Positions 63,728 to 64,000 of a stretch of DNA of 64,000 nt are shown piece by piece (the stretch's first letter is position 1; each line of letters begins with the position of its first letter). Source of the stretch: a virus; the IMG/VR virus record IMGVR_UViG_3300027985_000627, positions 23,319 to 87,318 of that record. The stretch is one strand, 5' to 3'. Made by a program: the position numbers and the translations under genes. The notes beneath the pieces are model-generated. The model was not told where the DNA came from, made no database searches, and was given only the letters and a program-made list of their open reading frames with translations.

Positions 63728-64000
63728 ATGAAATTCAACATTTTGAACAGGTTTTCGGACGAGGTCCAGTTTACGGCTGAAATCGACTGCGCCGAGGACG
63801 CTCTAAAGTCGTCCAAGGTCGGATTGGCGGTAAAATGGGCCATCAAAAATAGAACCAATCTTAGCGGGGCTGATCTACGCTGGGCTGATCTCATAGAGGC
63901 CGATCTCAGCGGGGTCAATCTCAGCGGTACCGATCTCCGCTGGGCTGATCTCATCGGGGCTGATCTCCGATGGACCGATCTCAACGGGGCCAATCTCAGC
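63728..64000 (+). CDS. pentapeptide-repeat protein (runs off the window end)
   Basis: GGAG RBS; TNLSG ADLRW ADLIE ADLSG VNLSG TDLRW repeats. Confidence 0.85.
   Translation, partial: MKFNILNRFSDEVQFTAEIDCAEDALKSSKVGLAVKWAIKNRTNLSGADLRWADLIEADLSGVNLSGTDLRWADLIGADLRWTDLNGANLS

Noticed and set aside
1-64000. Prophage/host junction or alternative genetic code
   Set aside because: No integrase, att-like boundary or host housekeeping block; genes are full length under the standard code

Overview
A 64-kb segment of a large dsDNA tailed phage (siphovirus-type: tape measure, tail tube, G/GT chaperone frameshift, no sheath). The Rz/Rz1-type spanins point to a Gram-negative host, and no integrase or tRNA was seen. 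The + strand from 1-26 kb carries a 7-deazaguanine DNA-modification cluster (queD, queE, folE, DpdL-like second T-fold protein, GT-B glycosyltransferase, DpdA-like transglycosylase, dNMP kinase; no queC in the window). It also carries a replication/recombination module (beta-clamp, UDG-fused PolA, DnaX-like loader, UvsY-like, SSB, RecA, FEN, resolvase, ligase, intein-containing ThyX, MazG, split SbcC plus SbcD). The - strand from 53.5 to 26.2 kb holds the packaging, head, tail and lysis operon, ending in an unexpected REC-PAS signalling gene. The 53.7-64 kb region holds accessory/early genes around a ~2.7-kb non-coding region. Most striking: (i) a 768-bp island (56273-57040) with no GG or CC dinucleotide, containing two genes whose proteins lack Gly, Pro and Trp and a terminator built from alternating GC; (ii) a candidate ~840-nt G-U-rich structured RNA (58970-59810); (iii) a DpdA that appears split, next to a queuosine-mannosyltransferase-like GT, suggesting a sugar-bearing deazaguanine hypermodification. 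Family calls come from motif recognition only; no database searches were run.
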